From the IMG/VR virus record IMGVR_UViG_3300037508_000348: a stretch of DNA of 64,000 nucleotides; one strand, written 5' to 3'. The notes below the pieces were generated by a model that saw only the letters and a list, made by a program, of their open reading frames with translations, was not told where the DNA came from and did not search any database. Of the stretch, positions 18,925 through 29,157 are shown piece after piece. Position numbers and translations under genes: made by a program. The DNA comes from an uncultured virus (IMG/VR IMGVR_UViG_3300037508_000348). Lineage: Duplodnaviria > Heunggongvirae > Uroviricota > Caudoviricetes. The stretch's first letter is position 1; every line of letters begins with the position of its first letter.

Positions 18925-19745
18925 TGTCTTGCTCTTCTTCCTCGTAATACCCGCCATCAAAGAACGCCTCGTCATTCCATGACCACCAGATGAACCGCCC
19001 AGCAAAGTACGCCAGCAACCCCACGCCTACTGCAATCGCCCACTCAATCATTTCTTTTCTCCTTCGGAACCAAATAAATACGCCCCGTCTTGGGACACCC
19101 ATAAAACTGCACAGACCTATACTGCTCGATCTTGTGCTGCTCGCCGCAGACTTTACATGTGGTCGTTGTCGGAGGCTTCATCTTTATGTATTCCATCATT
19201 TTTAGCCGCCTGATAGCCCAACATAAAGGCAATGACTAGATCATGTACCGGCTTACCAAACTCGGCTCGGATGTCGTCACACAAGTTCAAAAAGTCATTG
19301 GTAGTATCTATGCCTTCATCTAGCAGTACACCCAATGCCTGATGTATCCGTTCACGTAGGTTCATTGATTTCCCTCACTGCGGCTTTTACCGCTTCGTTC
19401 CACTGAGCGTAGTTATCGTCACGTACGTACTTCAGCATGATTGCTGTCGTCCTCTCCCGCTCCGCCTGCTGCGCGGCTTCCCACGCGGCCATCAAGCCAT
19501 CCCGTAAATTGCCCTTTAATAAGTCGCGGAGATTCTCGTCATACCATTTGTCAAAATCATTCATCATTACCTCCTATCCTGTGATTTGAAATACTACGGC
19601 GCAGCTTCAGTATTTCCATTCGGTCTTCCCTTTGCGGGCCCTGCTCAGGCGTATTTCTTTTCGGTGTACACCAGATGCAGCTGGGCATATTCGGTGCGTA
19701 AACGACTCCGCACCTCGGGCATATCCACCCCATTCTGTTACTCAT
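18905..19745 (-). CDS. Run of five small hypothetical genes (about 18905-19051, 19044-19199, 19153-19365, 19352-19567, 19557-19745)
   Basis: Overlapping small ORFs typical of phage early regions; two have CxxC motifs, one has a TM helix. Confidence 0.5.
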
Positions 19746-19866
19746 GGTTTACACCCCGCTTGTATTTTTGCTAGCTCTAGACGCACCTCTTCCGGAGGTC
19801 TGATGATTTGCTCATGTAGAACATCTGCACTGCCACAAGCGTCACAGTGGATAATGAATTTCTCGT

Positions 19867-20094
19867 TCATTCTCCCATCTCCACGATATTCTCTTTCTTA
19901 ATACACAGCCTCTCGCTACGAGAGGTCTTACCTACCATCGTGGAATACTTGCTTGGCACTCCACCTTTCGCTATACACTCTTGCGTGAATCTATTCTCCT
20001 GCTCCAGCGTTCCCGGGATGAGGGAAAGCACTGCCAAAAGGAAAACCACACTCGCAATAGTGATGCCCCACAAGGCGTATTCTATTAAGCTCAT
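19867..20094 (-). CDS. Small membrane protein
   Basis: N-terminal hydrophobic helix followed by CIAKGG..C; GGAGG SD. Confidence 0.6.
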   Translation of the reverse strand: MSLIEYALWGITIASVVFLLAVLSLIPGTLEQENRFTQECIAKGGVPSKYSTMVGKTSRSERLCIKKENIVEMGE

Positions 20095-20192
20095 TATTCC
20101 TCCACCCTTCTATACTCAACACATTCAGCTTCACCGCTCCGCGTACAAACGGGGGAACCCGCTAGTGCTTCCTCAAGGTTGAAAGGTTTCAT
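20094..20192 (-). pseudogene. 32-aa gene remnant (MKPFNLEEALAGSPVCTRSG...)
   Basis: AGGAG SD; the N-terminus resembles a common, normally longer phage protein start and then stops. Confidence 0.4.
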
Positions 20193-20193
20193 A

Positions 20194-20520
20194 TTATTCT
20201 CCTGTTGCTTTCTTTATTGCGGCACGGCCTTTTATAGCAGCGCTTTCAAGTAAAGGGGTCCAGCCGGTCGTCCCAAAATCGTGTTCCGCCAGAATCTGCA
20301 AAGCCTCTAGCAATTCCGGCGCGGAATCTCTTAACCTAGCGTCCGGTGATTTATCTCCAAAAACCCCCTGCGGCCTGTGGTTGAACAGAGAGCGCTCATA
20401 ATCTTCATACGCTTTTTCGATGCTGTAAGGCGCGCATCCATTTCCAACTTCTTGCATAACTGCGAAAAGCAAATCTGAAAGAGCCTCATCTGGTGTGTGG
20501 TTTGTCATTGCTTTCTCCAT
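20194..20520 (-). CDS. Hypothetical protein
   Basis: C-terminal part of the track ORF 20194..20835; DARL..SAPELLEAL motif common in phage early proteins. Confidence 0.6.
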   Translation of the reverse strand: MEKAMTNHTPDEALSDLLFAVMQEVGNGCAPYSIEKAYEDYERSLFNHRPQGVFGDKSPDARLRDSAPELLEALQILAEHDFGTTGWTPLLESAAIKGRAAIKKATGE

Positions 20521-20548
20521 GTAAGGCCCGCGTCGTTCGCGGAGTTCT

Positions 20549-20896
20549 TTATCTACGCCTACCACGGTTGCATACTGTGCCTTCGCCGTAGCCATACCCT
20601 TCGCCGTTGTCGTAGCCATATCCGTCACCGCCGTTGCTATACTGGTAGGCGAAGCCGTTGCCGTAGCCGTTGCCGCTCCTGTTGCCGTAGCCGTAGCCGT
20701 AGCCGTCGCCATCCCAGTAACCGTCAACGCTGTCGTGGCCTTTCTGGTAGTCGGAGCCTTTCCAGTAGCCGTAATTGAAACCGTCACCGACGCCGTAGCC
20801 GTCATTGAAACTGGGGCCGTGGGGACTGCCTTCATTGAAAGCGTGGCCGTTGCCGATGCCGAAGCCGTCGCCGAAGCCGTTGCCTATCATTTTCAT
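20549..20896 (-). CDS. Gly-rich (G-x-G-Y/D/N) low-complexity protein
   Basis: GDGYGYGYGN-type repeats; ATGA-coupled to the upstream gene. Confidence 0.65.
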   Translation of the reverse strand: MKMIGNGFGDGFGIGNGHAFNEGSPHGPSFNDGYGVGDGFNYGYWKGSDYQKGHDSVDGYWDGDGYGYGYGNRSGNGYGNGFAYQYSNGGDGYGYDNGEGYGYGEGTVCNRGRRR

Positions 20897-21183
20897 AGGC
20901 CCCAATCCTTATGAACTGGAACACAGAAAATCTCCGATATTTCCGGCAGTTCAACATCCTCGCAAGGACGTATGTCAGCATGTGATGTATCTTTAATCAT
21001 TCCGGCGAAACCTACTGAGTGCCACTTGAATACCCAAACAGCGCGAGTGAGGTATATTCGTCCATCCTTGCGCTCTACATCTCCAGCAAAAATCCAACCC
21101 TTATCTACGACTATGACAGCACGATTACCTTCGTGTTTTTTTACGGGTGCGTATTCAATGCCGTCGATTGTTATAGTGTCCAT
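20893..21183 (-). CDS. Small beta-rich protein (DUF6948-like), partner of the Gly-rich gene
   Basis: VIVVDKGWIFAG..IYLTRA..KW..G pattern; GGAG SD. Confidence 0.6.
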   Translation of the reverse strand: MDTITIDGIEYAPVKKHEGNRAVIVVDKGWIFAGDVERKDGRIYLTRAVWVFKWHSVGFAGMIKDTSHADIRPCEDVELPEISEIFCVPVHKDWGL

Positions 21184-21350
21184 TGCTTCTCCGTTTGTTT
21201 TATGTCCAGATTAGGAGCCCCGGTAGATTTTGATCGAACTCCCCATACCCAACGGATATGAAAAATAAGGACCGGGGCATTGAAAAAGGGTGGGTGCTGA
21301 AGTCGTTTGTTGAACCCCTGTTAAAAGGATTTACAACAGCACCCATAAAC

Positions 21351-21677
21351 TTAGGCTATCTTCCAAACTCCAATGGAGCCATCATCTAACATTCTTGCAA
21401 TCAGCTTGCTCGGCGTTACCGAGCGTTTTTTGTATCCCGTAATGGATGCTCGTACAGAGGCTAACCCCTTGGCAGGTACGGCATTGGAGGGGATCACGAA
21501 GGCTTGCCCCACTTCCATTTCAGCGAACGGATACTTGCTTTTCCTTGTGCGTTCTGGAACGGGAAGGTCATCAAGAATTGTGTACATTGTACTCCTCTTT
21601 TCGGTTTTGACTACAGGTTTTGCGGAAACATCTTCATTTAGTTGAGACAGGAAGTCTCTTGCGCTCATTGTTGGCAT
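21351..21677 (-). CDS. Putative small DNA-binding protein
   Basis: RKSKYPFAEMEVGQAFVIP..IGVWKI. Confidence 0.6.
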   Translation of the reverse strand: MPTMSARDFLSQLNEDVSAKPVVKTEKRSTMYTILDDLPVPERTRKSKYPFAEMEVGQAFVIPSNAVPAKGLASVRASITGYKKRSVTPSKLIARMLDDGSIGVWKIA

Positions 21678-21679
21678 CG

Positions 21680-21988
21680 TTACACCACATCTTTTACAAA
21701 AATACCATTGACCATTCGCCCTTCTCTTTTCCTAATCACTTCGTAGGCTTCTGAAAGGCAATCCACCAAATCGGTCTTGAGCAGGTCGGCTAGGATAATC
21801 AACGTCACCAGCACATCACCAAAGGCATCGTTGATCTCATCCACATCCCCCACTGCGACACCATCAGCCAACTCCCCGGCCTCTGATATAAATTTCAGGC
21901 ACTGCGTCTTGGGGTCAGACTTCTGCAAAATCCCCTTGGCCTCGGCCCAGTCGAGCACCTTGCTCTCTAACACATCATATTCACTCAT
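21680..21988 (-). CDS. MazG-like nucleotide pyrophosphohydrolase
   Basis: KFISEAGEL..DAFGDVLVTL..AYEVIRKREGRMVNGIFVK. Confidence 0.85.
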   Translation of the reverse strand: MSEYDVLESKVLDWAEAKGILQKSDPKTQCLKFISEAGELADGVAVGDVDEINDAFGDVLVTLIILADLLKTDLVDCLSEAYEVIRKREGRMVNGIFVKDVV

Positions 21989-22002
21989 TGCTCTTCTCCT
22001 GT

Positions 22003-22293
22003 TTACAACAACTCATCATCTACGAGCATGGGGATCGCAATGTCCCGCTCCATCTGCTCATCCTCTGGACCCATCTCAATGAAGGTCGGCTCTCCTTTTT
22101 CTGGAAAAATAACGTAGCCATTCCCTGATTTTGTCACTGACGTTATCTCATTTTTTCTCAAGTCGATGATGTTGAACCCACTTCCTGATGGCTGAACATC
22201 AACGATCCCGTCTGGACGATACACCATAAAAGCTGAAGCTAGTTGTCCGTAGACAGACAATGCTAACAAACACAGTCCAAATAAAGTCTTCAC
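22003..22293 (-). CDS. Putative exported protein
   Basis: Signal-peptide-like N-terminus MKTLFGLCLLALSVYGQLASA. Confidence 0.55.
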   Translation of the reverse strand: MKTLFGLCLLALSVYGQLASAFMVYRPDGIVDVQPSGSGFNIIDLRKNEITSVTKSGNGYVIFPEKGEPTFIEMGPEDEQMERDIAIPMLVDDELL

Positions 22294-22820
22294 AGTAGCA
22301 CCTCACCTTTGATATTAAGCAATTTTAGCAATCCTTTTATAACACTCTGCCTTCCAGCATTGTACGCATCCCTATGGCTGTGGAACATCGCATCGTTGTA
22401 CCCACGAGTGTAAGCCTCCTGATAGTTGAAGGGTATTTTCTCTGTGCCTAGCTCTTCTTTTATCTTATTGATATCGGACGGTGCGTTGTCCTTCTCTTCC
22501 TTCTTGGCTATGCGCTCTTCGGCTTTCGCTTTGACTATGCCCTTGTTCTTGCCTCGGCTGTGGTATGCAGGGGTGTTCTGGTCAGGTAGCTTCCCTGTCA
22601 GATAGTAACGTGGCACTCCAAGATGATCGCTCTCAATGCCAAGATAGCCCATACTCACCTGATTGTTTATGCTTTTTCTTAGCTGCTCTCTTGTCACTGT
22701 ACCCAACCGCTCTAGTATCTCCTGCCTCGTCAGCTTGTCTGACGCACTGTTAAGCACGTCCCTTGTGCGCTCGGAAATGGTTGGCGCAGCTTCTACTTTT
22801 TTCTTTGCTCGTGTACTCAT
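22290..22820 (-). CDS. Putative winged-HTH protein
   Basis: LTRQEILERL..LRKSINNQVSMGYL..RYYL. Confidence 0.5.
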   Translation of the reverse strand: MSTRAKKKVEAAPTISERTRDVLNSASDKLTRQEILERLGTVTREQLRKSINNQVSMGYLGIESDHLGVPRYYLTGKLPDQNTPAYHSRGKNKGIVKAKAEERIAKKEEKDNAPSDINKIKEELGTEKIPFNYQEAYTRGYNDAMFHSHRDAYNAGRQSVIKGLLKLLNIKGEVLL

Positions 22821-23721
22821 TCTTCTATCCTCATATTGCACTCGTCTGTGTCCTTGTCAATTAAAGTCGTTGTGTAGGAAATTCTTCTCTCTATTCCATC
22901 TGTCACCTGTCTATCCGCTTCAATCTGCGTATGCCTGCGGCATTGCTCCTTCTTGCTGCATCCTTTTCCATAGCATCTAGCCATGTCGTAAGGTAGAAAG
23001 CGGAAGTTTTTTGTACCCATAGTGGTCGCGTCCTTGGGGTTTTCTGTGTGGATGGTATCGCTCTGCTTTGATTAGCCAGCCTAGCTTGGCTGTCACCTTG
23101 TAAAAGATGTTGCGATTTTTAGACGGTCTAAAAATCTGATTTTCCTGCAAGTTCTTCTTTAGAAAATACTTTGTCATTGGTTGGTCCTCCATTTTCATGC
23201 CACTCAATACATGCCTGCCACCCCGCATAGAAAGCCTCGAACCTATTGGGTACTCTGTTCAAGTCTTTCATAGCATCGGCTCTCCACTCATCAAACGCTG
23301 CGGTGAGTTCATCCCTACTCATTTGTTTACTGTCCTTTCCATGCGTATGCACACTTGTTCTCCATCTTCTACATCATACTCAGCACAGGCCCAGTTGCGC
23401 TTGTCATAGGTGCCTGGCTTTTGATCCACTGGTATTAGGTACAAAGCTATACCGAGCACAGCCATCCATAGCACATAGCCCCATTCATTTGCTGTCATTG
23501 GGTAAGTATCCTTTGATAGTTAAATAATATACGTTGCCCTGTAGGTTGGGTTTAAGCCCTATCCCTTGTATCTCATTACCAACCCCCGCTATGTCTAGCA
23601 GGGCCATCGAGGACTGCATCCAGTCGGGTATATCCTTAGTAGATGTTTTTACAGCATCATTGAAATTATAAAGGAGGTATCTGTCTTCTAAGGACTCTAC
23701 CCGTATCCTAGCTGCTCTCAT
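22817..23721 (-). CDS. Run of small hypothetical genes (22817-23020, 22977-about 23200, 23128-23322, 23319-23498 membrane peptide, 23485-23721)
   Basis: ATGA-coupled small ORFs; the 59-aa MTANEWGYVLWMAVLGIALYLIP.. ORF is below the track cutoff. Confidence 0.5.
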
Positions 23722-24854
23722 AGCTCCATAGTCAGGCTCGTTCCAATGGGGGCGGATAGCCCTTTTGTTGTTATTGCCCATAGTGTTGGATGCTCTATAG
23801 TTTCCGGGAAAGGTGTGTAGCCATCTGTTAGTACGATAATTGCTTCTGGTTTAAGATTGTTTTTCTGCACGTACTTTAATATCTCACGCATGTCTGTGCC
23901 ACCGCCACCATGCAACTCTGTAATAGCCCCTAGCTGGTCTAGGGAACCTTGGTCGAAGACCTTGTGTGACTGTATGATGGCATCGCATTCGATAAAATGC
24001 AACAGCTCAGGCGAAACATTTTGGCAGATGCCCACCACCTCAGATAGAAACTCTGACACCATCGGGCCCGACACACTACCACTTGTGTCCACACCTATCA
24101 CCAAAGCACCCATAGACTCAGAGATGGATGACGACATATACATATCCTCACCCAGCCATCTGCGGTTCGGCCTGCGCCATGTAGAGTCATCATGCCCCTG
24201 AGATACAGTACTCATGAACTCCTGCAACTGCTCACGCCAGTCGATCTTGGGGGCAGTCAACTCACCTATCACACGGCTCTCGTCACCACCCATCTTGCCA
24301 GCCATGAGCGCACCTTGACGTATGGCCTGCTCTATCTCTTTACCTAGTTGGGCCTTGTCCTCCTCAGATAGCTGGTCGAACTCATGCTCATCAAAGCCAC
24401 CCGTACCCCCATCCTCACCCTCTTCCTTGAGCCTGCGATACACCTCACCTGTGTCCATACCTCTGAAGTCCTTACGATACAGCCCACTCTTAGGTAAAGC
24501 GATGAAGCCGGGATGCTCCTTCTCTAAATCCTTGATCTCTATGTTGATGACATAATCTGCGGATTGGTTAGCCAGCTTGGGGTTCTCCTTCCATAGATGC
24601 TTCCACAACCACGCATGTTGATACGCCTTGTGCAAGTTCTCATGCAGCACCACCCCCGCCAACTCCTGATCCGTTAAGCTCTCAACGAAAGCTCTTCCAT
24701 ACAACACATCACGACCATTGGTACACGCGGTAGGTATTGTGTCCTCTATCTTGGAATCACCCACCATAATCAAGCCAGAGTAAGCCATCGTTGCCTTGTG
24801 TCCCATGAGCCTGACGTGGGACTTCTGTATGCGTTGCTCTGCTGTTAGGTTCAT
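23718..24854 (-). CDS. Metallopeptidase-like plus vWA domain protein (DUF2201-like)
   Basis: TACTNG, LHENLH, RRPNRR, MIDAS DTSGS, GGGGTD, LTDGY. Confidence 0.85.
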   Translation of the reverse strand: MNLTAEQRIQKSHVRLMGHKATMAYSGLIMVGDSKIEDTIPTACTNGRDVLYGRAFVESLTDQELAGVVLHENLHKAYQHAWLWKHLWKENPKLANQSADYVINIEIKDLEKEHPGFIALPKSGLYRKDFRGMDTGEVYRRLKEEGEDGGTGGFDEHEFDQLSEEDKAQLGKEIEQAIRQGALMAGKMGGDESRVIGELTAPKIDWREQLQEFMSTVSQGHDDSTWRRPNRRWLGEDMYMSSSISESMGALVIGVDTSGSVSGPMVSEFLSEVVGICQNVSPELLHFIECDAIIQSHKVFDQGSLDQLGAITELHGGGGTDMREILKYVQKNNLKPEAIIVLTDGYTPFPETIEHPTLWAITTKGLSAPIGTSLTMEL

Positions 24855-24869
24855 GTTTGTTATCTCTCC

Positions 24870-25716
24870 TTATTTATCTATCGTTGCGAAAAACTTGCCA
24901 GCACGTTCTGTCCACACTTCTGTTGGTTTTCCTTGCTTGGCCTTAGCTGCTGGCTTTAAGTTATTCTTTGTCCATGCCGAGCAAACGGCGCTTTCTTTCT
25001 TGGTGTGCATACGCCTCACTTTACCGCAGTTGGGGCATATACACGTCGTTGGTAAAATACGCATCACTCACCTCCTCAATAAAGCAAACTCATTAGGCTC
25101 CATGATCGGCGCGCCCTCTGGCCTTTCTCTCACTGCGTCACTCCACGCCTTGAAGTCCACATCGTTCATACTCTCGCAGTCAAAGTCTGGTGTTTTAGAT
25201 ATCTCTACTGGCCCCACTACCCAAGGGCGTACACAATGCACAGGGGGGTTGCGCTGCCCACAATAGATAAATTCGACCTTCACGGCGTGCTCAGCGAGCA
25301 GCGCCTGAACCTTATGCGCTACATCCAACGGCATAGCCAGCGTGTAGTAACTGAATGTCATCGCGCCATATACTTCTTTCTTACTTTTCATTTGTCTCCC
25401 CTTTTTATACGTCTAAAAATCAACAATCCAGTACGTAAAAAACATAACTGAACCTAGCCACCTTACTGTATGCGCTCTTTACCCAACCCACCCTGCACCC
25501 TATACCTTCTACCCAGTCGCCTATGTCCATGATACGGAGTAGATTGACAGCATTCTGTTGACACTCGGTCAGCTCGTCCACGTATTGCTCCTTGGCTTTG
25601 TAGTAGCGAGATAACATGCAGTAGTAGGGGTCGAGGTGTAGCGGTTTTGACCTGTCCCTTTCTTCTGCCGTCGTCACATACACAAACAATCTCTCTCGCT
25701 CCATATCACACCTCAA
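24870..25716 (-). CDS. Three hypothetical genes (24870-25067, 25068-25391, 25420-25716)
   Basis: Packed ORFs with SDs; the first has CPNC. Confidence 0.5.
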
Positions 25717-26792
25717 GAAAAGAGGAAGCTATTTCTGGCAGCCCACGCACTAAATTCTGTGTTAGTCGTCGCTATGCCTAGTTTTTGAGACCGCATGATG
25801 CTTCTGGCAAACAGGGCTTGGGCTTCTTTGCTCAGCCGATTTATATAGGTGAACGCTCTGTCGAAGTCTTCCCGCTCGACTCTTTGAATCACCTTGGATA
25901 TGACCATGCACGAGGCGGCGGCACCCTTGGGAACCTTGGCTACATCTGGGTTCTTAATCACTTGCTCCCATGTTGGGAGTTCTTCATCGAGCTTGACCAG
26001 CGTCAGTATATCCATCGCTGCGGCTTCGCCTACTGTACCCATCAGTGCATGAATGCGTACCTCGTCCGACAGATGCTCCGTACTCTTCAGTATATCCGAG
26101 GCTTTCTCTAACGATCTTGGAGTGACACACGCTGTCCTTGGCTGCTTAGGATGGTTGATATAGTGGTTAGAGTTGGGGTCTTCTACTTCCTCAAAGCTCT
26201 GGAACATGGCGGGGAACTCAATCGCTGCGCCTAATATAACCGGATGCACCCCGGCATTAAGAGCGTAACCTTCTACCCATTCCATCGCCGTCGGTTTGCG
26301 TATCTTGGCTTGGCACAGTCGGTTCCTAGCATGGGGCGGTATGTTATCGCCCAGCCCTTCGATGGATAGGTTAGTCGTAGCAAACACCATACTGCCCTCG
26401 GGCAAGTCATACTCCCCGATCTTGCGCTCCAACATAATCCTCAACAGCGCATTCAGCACAGACTTGCTTGCCTTACCTAGCTCGTCCAACATGAGGATCA
26501 ACGGTTTATTCAAGTGAACACCCAGCGCCTCGTTGGGTACGAACGACACCACCTCCTTACCCTCAATAATCCTAAACTTCGGCATCTGTAAGTCACCCAA
26601 GTCGAGCATCTGTGCCTCAAGGTATACCGGCTTATGGTCAGGGTACCTCCCTGCCAGCGTCTTCAACATCGAACTCTTGCCTATCCCGAGCTCCCCCGTA
26701 AACAGGCACGTCACCTTACCCCCCACCGCAGCTATTAAATCCGTAGCCTGAGCCAGTGTCAGGGAACCGTATGTTTTGTTGATCTTGCTCAT
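25713..26792 (-). CDS. MoxR-like AAA+ ATPase
   Basis: Walker A GELGIGKS, Walker B LMLDE, ATTN, NRL, TPRSLE. Confidence 0.85.
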   Translation of the reverse strand: MSKINKTYGSLTLAQATDLIAAVGGKVTCLFTGELGIGKSSMLKTLAGRYPDHKPVYLEAQMLDLGDLQMPKFRIIEGKEVVSFVPNEALGVHLNKPLILMLDELGKASKSVLNALLRIMLERKIGEYDLPEGSMVFATTNLSIEGLGDNIPPHARNRLCQAKIRKPTAMEWVEGYALNAGVHPVILGAAIEFPAMFQSFEEVEDPNSNHYINHPKQPRTACVTPRSLEKASDILKSTEHLSDEVRIHALMGTVGEAAAMDILTLVKLDEELPTWEQVIKNPDVAKVPKGAAASCMVISKVIQRVEREDFDRAFTYINRLSKEAQALFARSIMRSQKLGIATTNTEFSAWAARNSFLFS

Positions 26793-27016
26793 TATAGCTC
26801 TCCTTTTATTACTGCCATTAAATTGTTTAGTGTGTACCTAGCTCCATCTGGTGTATGGGTAACACCCGCGTCATTGAGAAGCCCTAGCATCCTAGCCGCT
26901 GCCACGCTAGCTTTTCTCCTCTTTGCTATACACTGCATCATCAGTAGGTATAGGGCTTCGTCATTTAGTATCCATGAACGCACATTATCCTCCGTCCACC
27001 CTGCTGGATTTCTCAT
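26792..27016 (-). CDS. Hypothetical protein
   Basis: WILNDEALY..TPDGARYT; SD present. Confidence 0.6.
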   Translation of the reverse strand: MRNPAGWTEDNVRSWILNDEALYLLMMQCIAKRRKASVAAARMLGLLNDAGVTHTPDGARYTLNNLMAVIKGEL

Positions 27017-27036
27017 TGCTCTCTCCTTTTAGACGT

Positions 27037-27909
27037 CTAAAAATTCAACTGGAATTTACTCAAAAGATCATCCAAGTCCTGCTTCACCATCTCTCTCGCA
27101 CCTGTGTCCTTGCGCAAGTCCTTAACATCCAAGCCCAGTACAATGCCGCGTAGCTCCTTACGCAGGTCGTCAATCTCCTGATCTTTGGTTAGGTTCAAAC
27201 CATTTATGGCATCGCATAGCTCCACACAAGTCTCCAATGTGCTCTCGTGTACGCGCCCCTTCTTACCATCCGGCTCAGTGCGTAGCTGATTACTAAGCTT
27301 TTCTACAGAGTCTTTAACCCTATTCCTTATGTCCTGCATTGCCTCTGTGATTCTAGTTTGTTGGGCGTTCTCAAAGGTTTTTCTCAACTCCTCAAGCCCT
27401 TCGTTTCCGATGTCAATGCGGAAGTCTCCTGATTCTGGCAGGGGGTACATGTTGTACGTAAAGGTGAATTTGTGTCTGATCTCAGTCACATCGGGGTAGT
27501 CATCTATGTCGAACAACGCGCCCAGCTCAAACTGAGCGGCTTGAATAATCTGCGTGTATTCCTTCTCGAACTCTGTCACCAATACTTCTCTTGCTTGGCT
27601 ATGGTGCTGGAGCTCTTGAAGGTATTGGAAATAATTTGCGGTCGGCAGCAAGCGCGGCCCTCGATCAGACCAAGGCAAAGTACGCGAGGCGTGCCACTGG
27701 CGAATCAAAACATCATAGCTCTGAATAGAAGCTAGCTCTTTGCAACCGGCGAATAAGTTCTTTTGGTAGGTGCCCGCACGAGCCTGCGCTCCTTTATCTA
27801 AGCTGACTTCCTCCGCCACATGGCGGTCCTGCTTCTTGCCTGTGTATCCCTTGAGTGTGAGGTCTACTAACATAGCGCTACTGCTAATCGTTACGTTGCT
27901 CATTGTCAT
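27037..27909 (-). CDS. DUF3150-like protein
   Basis: TLPWSDRGPRLLP, LFDIDDYP, LNLTKD; adjacent to the AAA/vWA genes. Confidence 0.65.
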   Translation of the reverse strand: MTMSNVTISSSAMLVDLTLKGYTGKKQDRHVAEEVSLDKGAQARAGTYQKNLFAGCKELASIQSYDVLIRQWHASRTLPWSDRGPRLLPTANYFQYLQELQHHSQAREVLVTEFEKEYTQIIQAAQFELGALFDIDDYPDVTEIRHKFTFTYNMYPLPESGDFRIDIGNEGLEELRKTFENAQQTRITEAMQDIRNRVKDSVEKLSNQLRTEPDGKKGRVHESTLETCVELCDAINGLNLTKDQEIDDLRKELRGIVLGLDVKDLRKDTGAREMVKQDLDDLLSKFQLNF

Positions 27910-27918
27910 TCTCCTTTT

Positions 27919-28410
27919 TTATACGTCTAAAAATTCACTGTGTAGTACGTTGTCTTGTACTCTGTTCCCTTCAGCCATAGTGTTAACTATAGCCATCCAA
28001 TACCCTACATCTTTAAGCATCGACCGATCTGCTAATGCCCCAATGTATCCGGTCATGTAGGTCGCGTTGTCTCGCGTTGGGCTACGCGCTAGGTTCTTGA
28101 GGGCTTGTTTAGTGCTGCAGTCAAGCTCTCGCCAGTGGTTAATAAACTCCTCGTCGCTCATTGTTGTTCTCCATTAGGTTAAAAATTCAGAAGCAACTCC
28201 AACCTTATACTCTTTGGTAAGTAGCAGGTCATACTCTTCTAGGCTCTTCTCTGCTTTGCTCAAATCAAAGGCATCGTCGGATATTTCATACTCATAGTGC
28301 TTCTTCAATATCTCTTCCCATTGCCCTTTCGATTCAGCGATGATGGTTATCATGCCACCATACTCTGAGAGGGGGAAAGTAATAGGGGTGTTGCTTACAA
28401 ACAATTTCAT
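27919..28410 (-). CDS. Two hypothetical genes (27919-28161, 28174-28410)
   Basis: ORFs with GGAG SDs downstream of the promoter at 28484-28513. Confidence 0.55.
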
Positions 28411-28483
28411 CGTTAACTCCCGGTCAAAAATTAGACCGTCTAAAAACCACCGCATAAGGTGCGGCTCCTAAAACTGAGGGTAT

Positions 28484-28513
28484 ATTATACTACTAAAACT
28501 TACATAATGTCAA
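28484..28513 (-). promoter_or_regulatory. Consensus sigma70 early promoter
   Basis: TTGACA-N18-TATAAT. Confidence 0.8.
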
Positions 28514-28652
28514 TACGTAATTAGGTGGGGTTAACCTGCACCCCAAGGGCTAAAGCTACAATGAGAGAGGCGGGCGTATAGCCCATCGGAGTTTTGCACT
28601 TTAGCTGCGCCCGTTATTCAGCAAGTGGGCCACGGTACGCTTACGCCCTTTT

Positions 28653-29123
28653 TTAATCAATGATGTGGAGTTTTTCTTTAGCCGCCATATACGCAGCGTT
28701 TGCGGCTTCGGGTGTATTGAAAAGCCCTAGGTGCATCTGTTTTCCGGATACCGTTATTTTGGCGCGCCATTTTTTGCTCCGCTTGTCCCAGCTTACTCCC
28801 GGATAGCCTGATGTGTTGTTACTATGTTTATCCCTATTCCAATCGTTTTTATCTGTATCTCTAAGATTCTCAATCCTGTTATCCGTCTTCATTCTGTTGA
28901 TATGGACTATATCCTTGTCGGGCCAGCATCCATAGGTATACAGCCATGCAAGTCTATGCGCTTGGTGAAGTTTTCTCTCTATCTTTATATGCACGTATCC
29001 ATTGTTATTAACTGTGCCAGCTACACTGCCTGCCTTGCACGGTCCTTTACTAACTCTCCACACAAACACACCCGTCTCTGGGTTGTAGTCCAGCAGTTCC
29101 TTCAGTCGTTCTTGCGTCAGCAT
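28653..29123 (-). CDS. HNH-AP2 homing endonuclease (possibly degenerate)
   Basis: MLTQERLKELLDYNPETG, AHRLAW, HIN..DNRIENLR, NNTSGYPGVSW, HLGLF; the usual DH is VH. Confidence 0.85.
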   Translation of the reverse strand: MLTQERLKELLDYNPETGVFVWRVSKGPCKAGSVAGTVNNNGYVHIKIERKLHQAHRLAWLYTYGCWPDKDIVHINRMKTDNRIENLRDTDKNDWNRDKHSNNTSGYPGVSWDKRSKKWRAKITVSGKQMHLGLFNTPEAANAAYMAAKEKLHIID

Positions 29124-29157
29124 AAAACTCTCCCTCTTTCTTGAAGCTAGTTGTCTA

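Noticed and set aside
20521..20835. Thr/Ala-rich N-terminal extension of ORF 20194..20835
   Set aside because: It is an alternate-frame reading of the Gly-repeat gene; the real start is probably near 20520.
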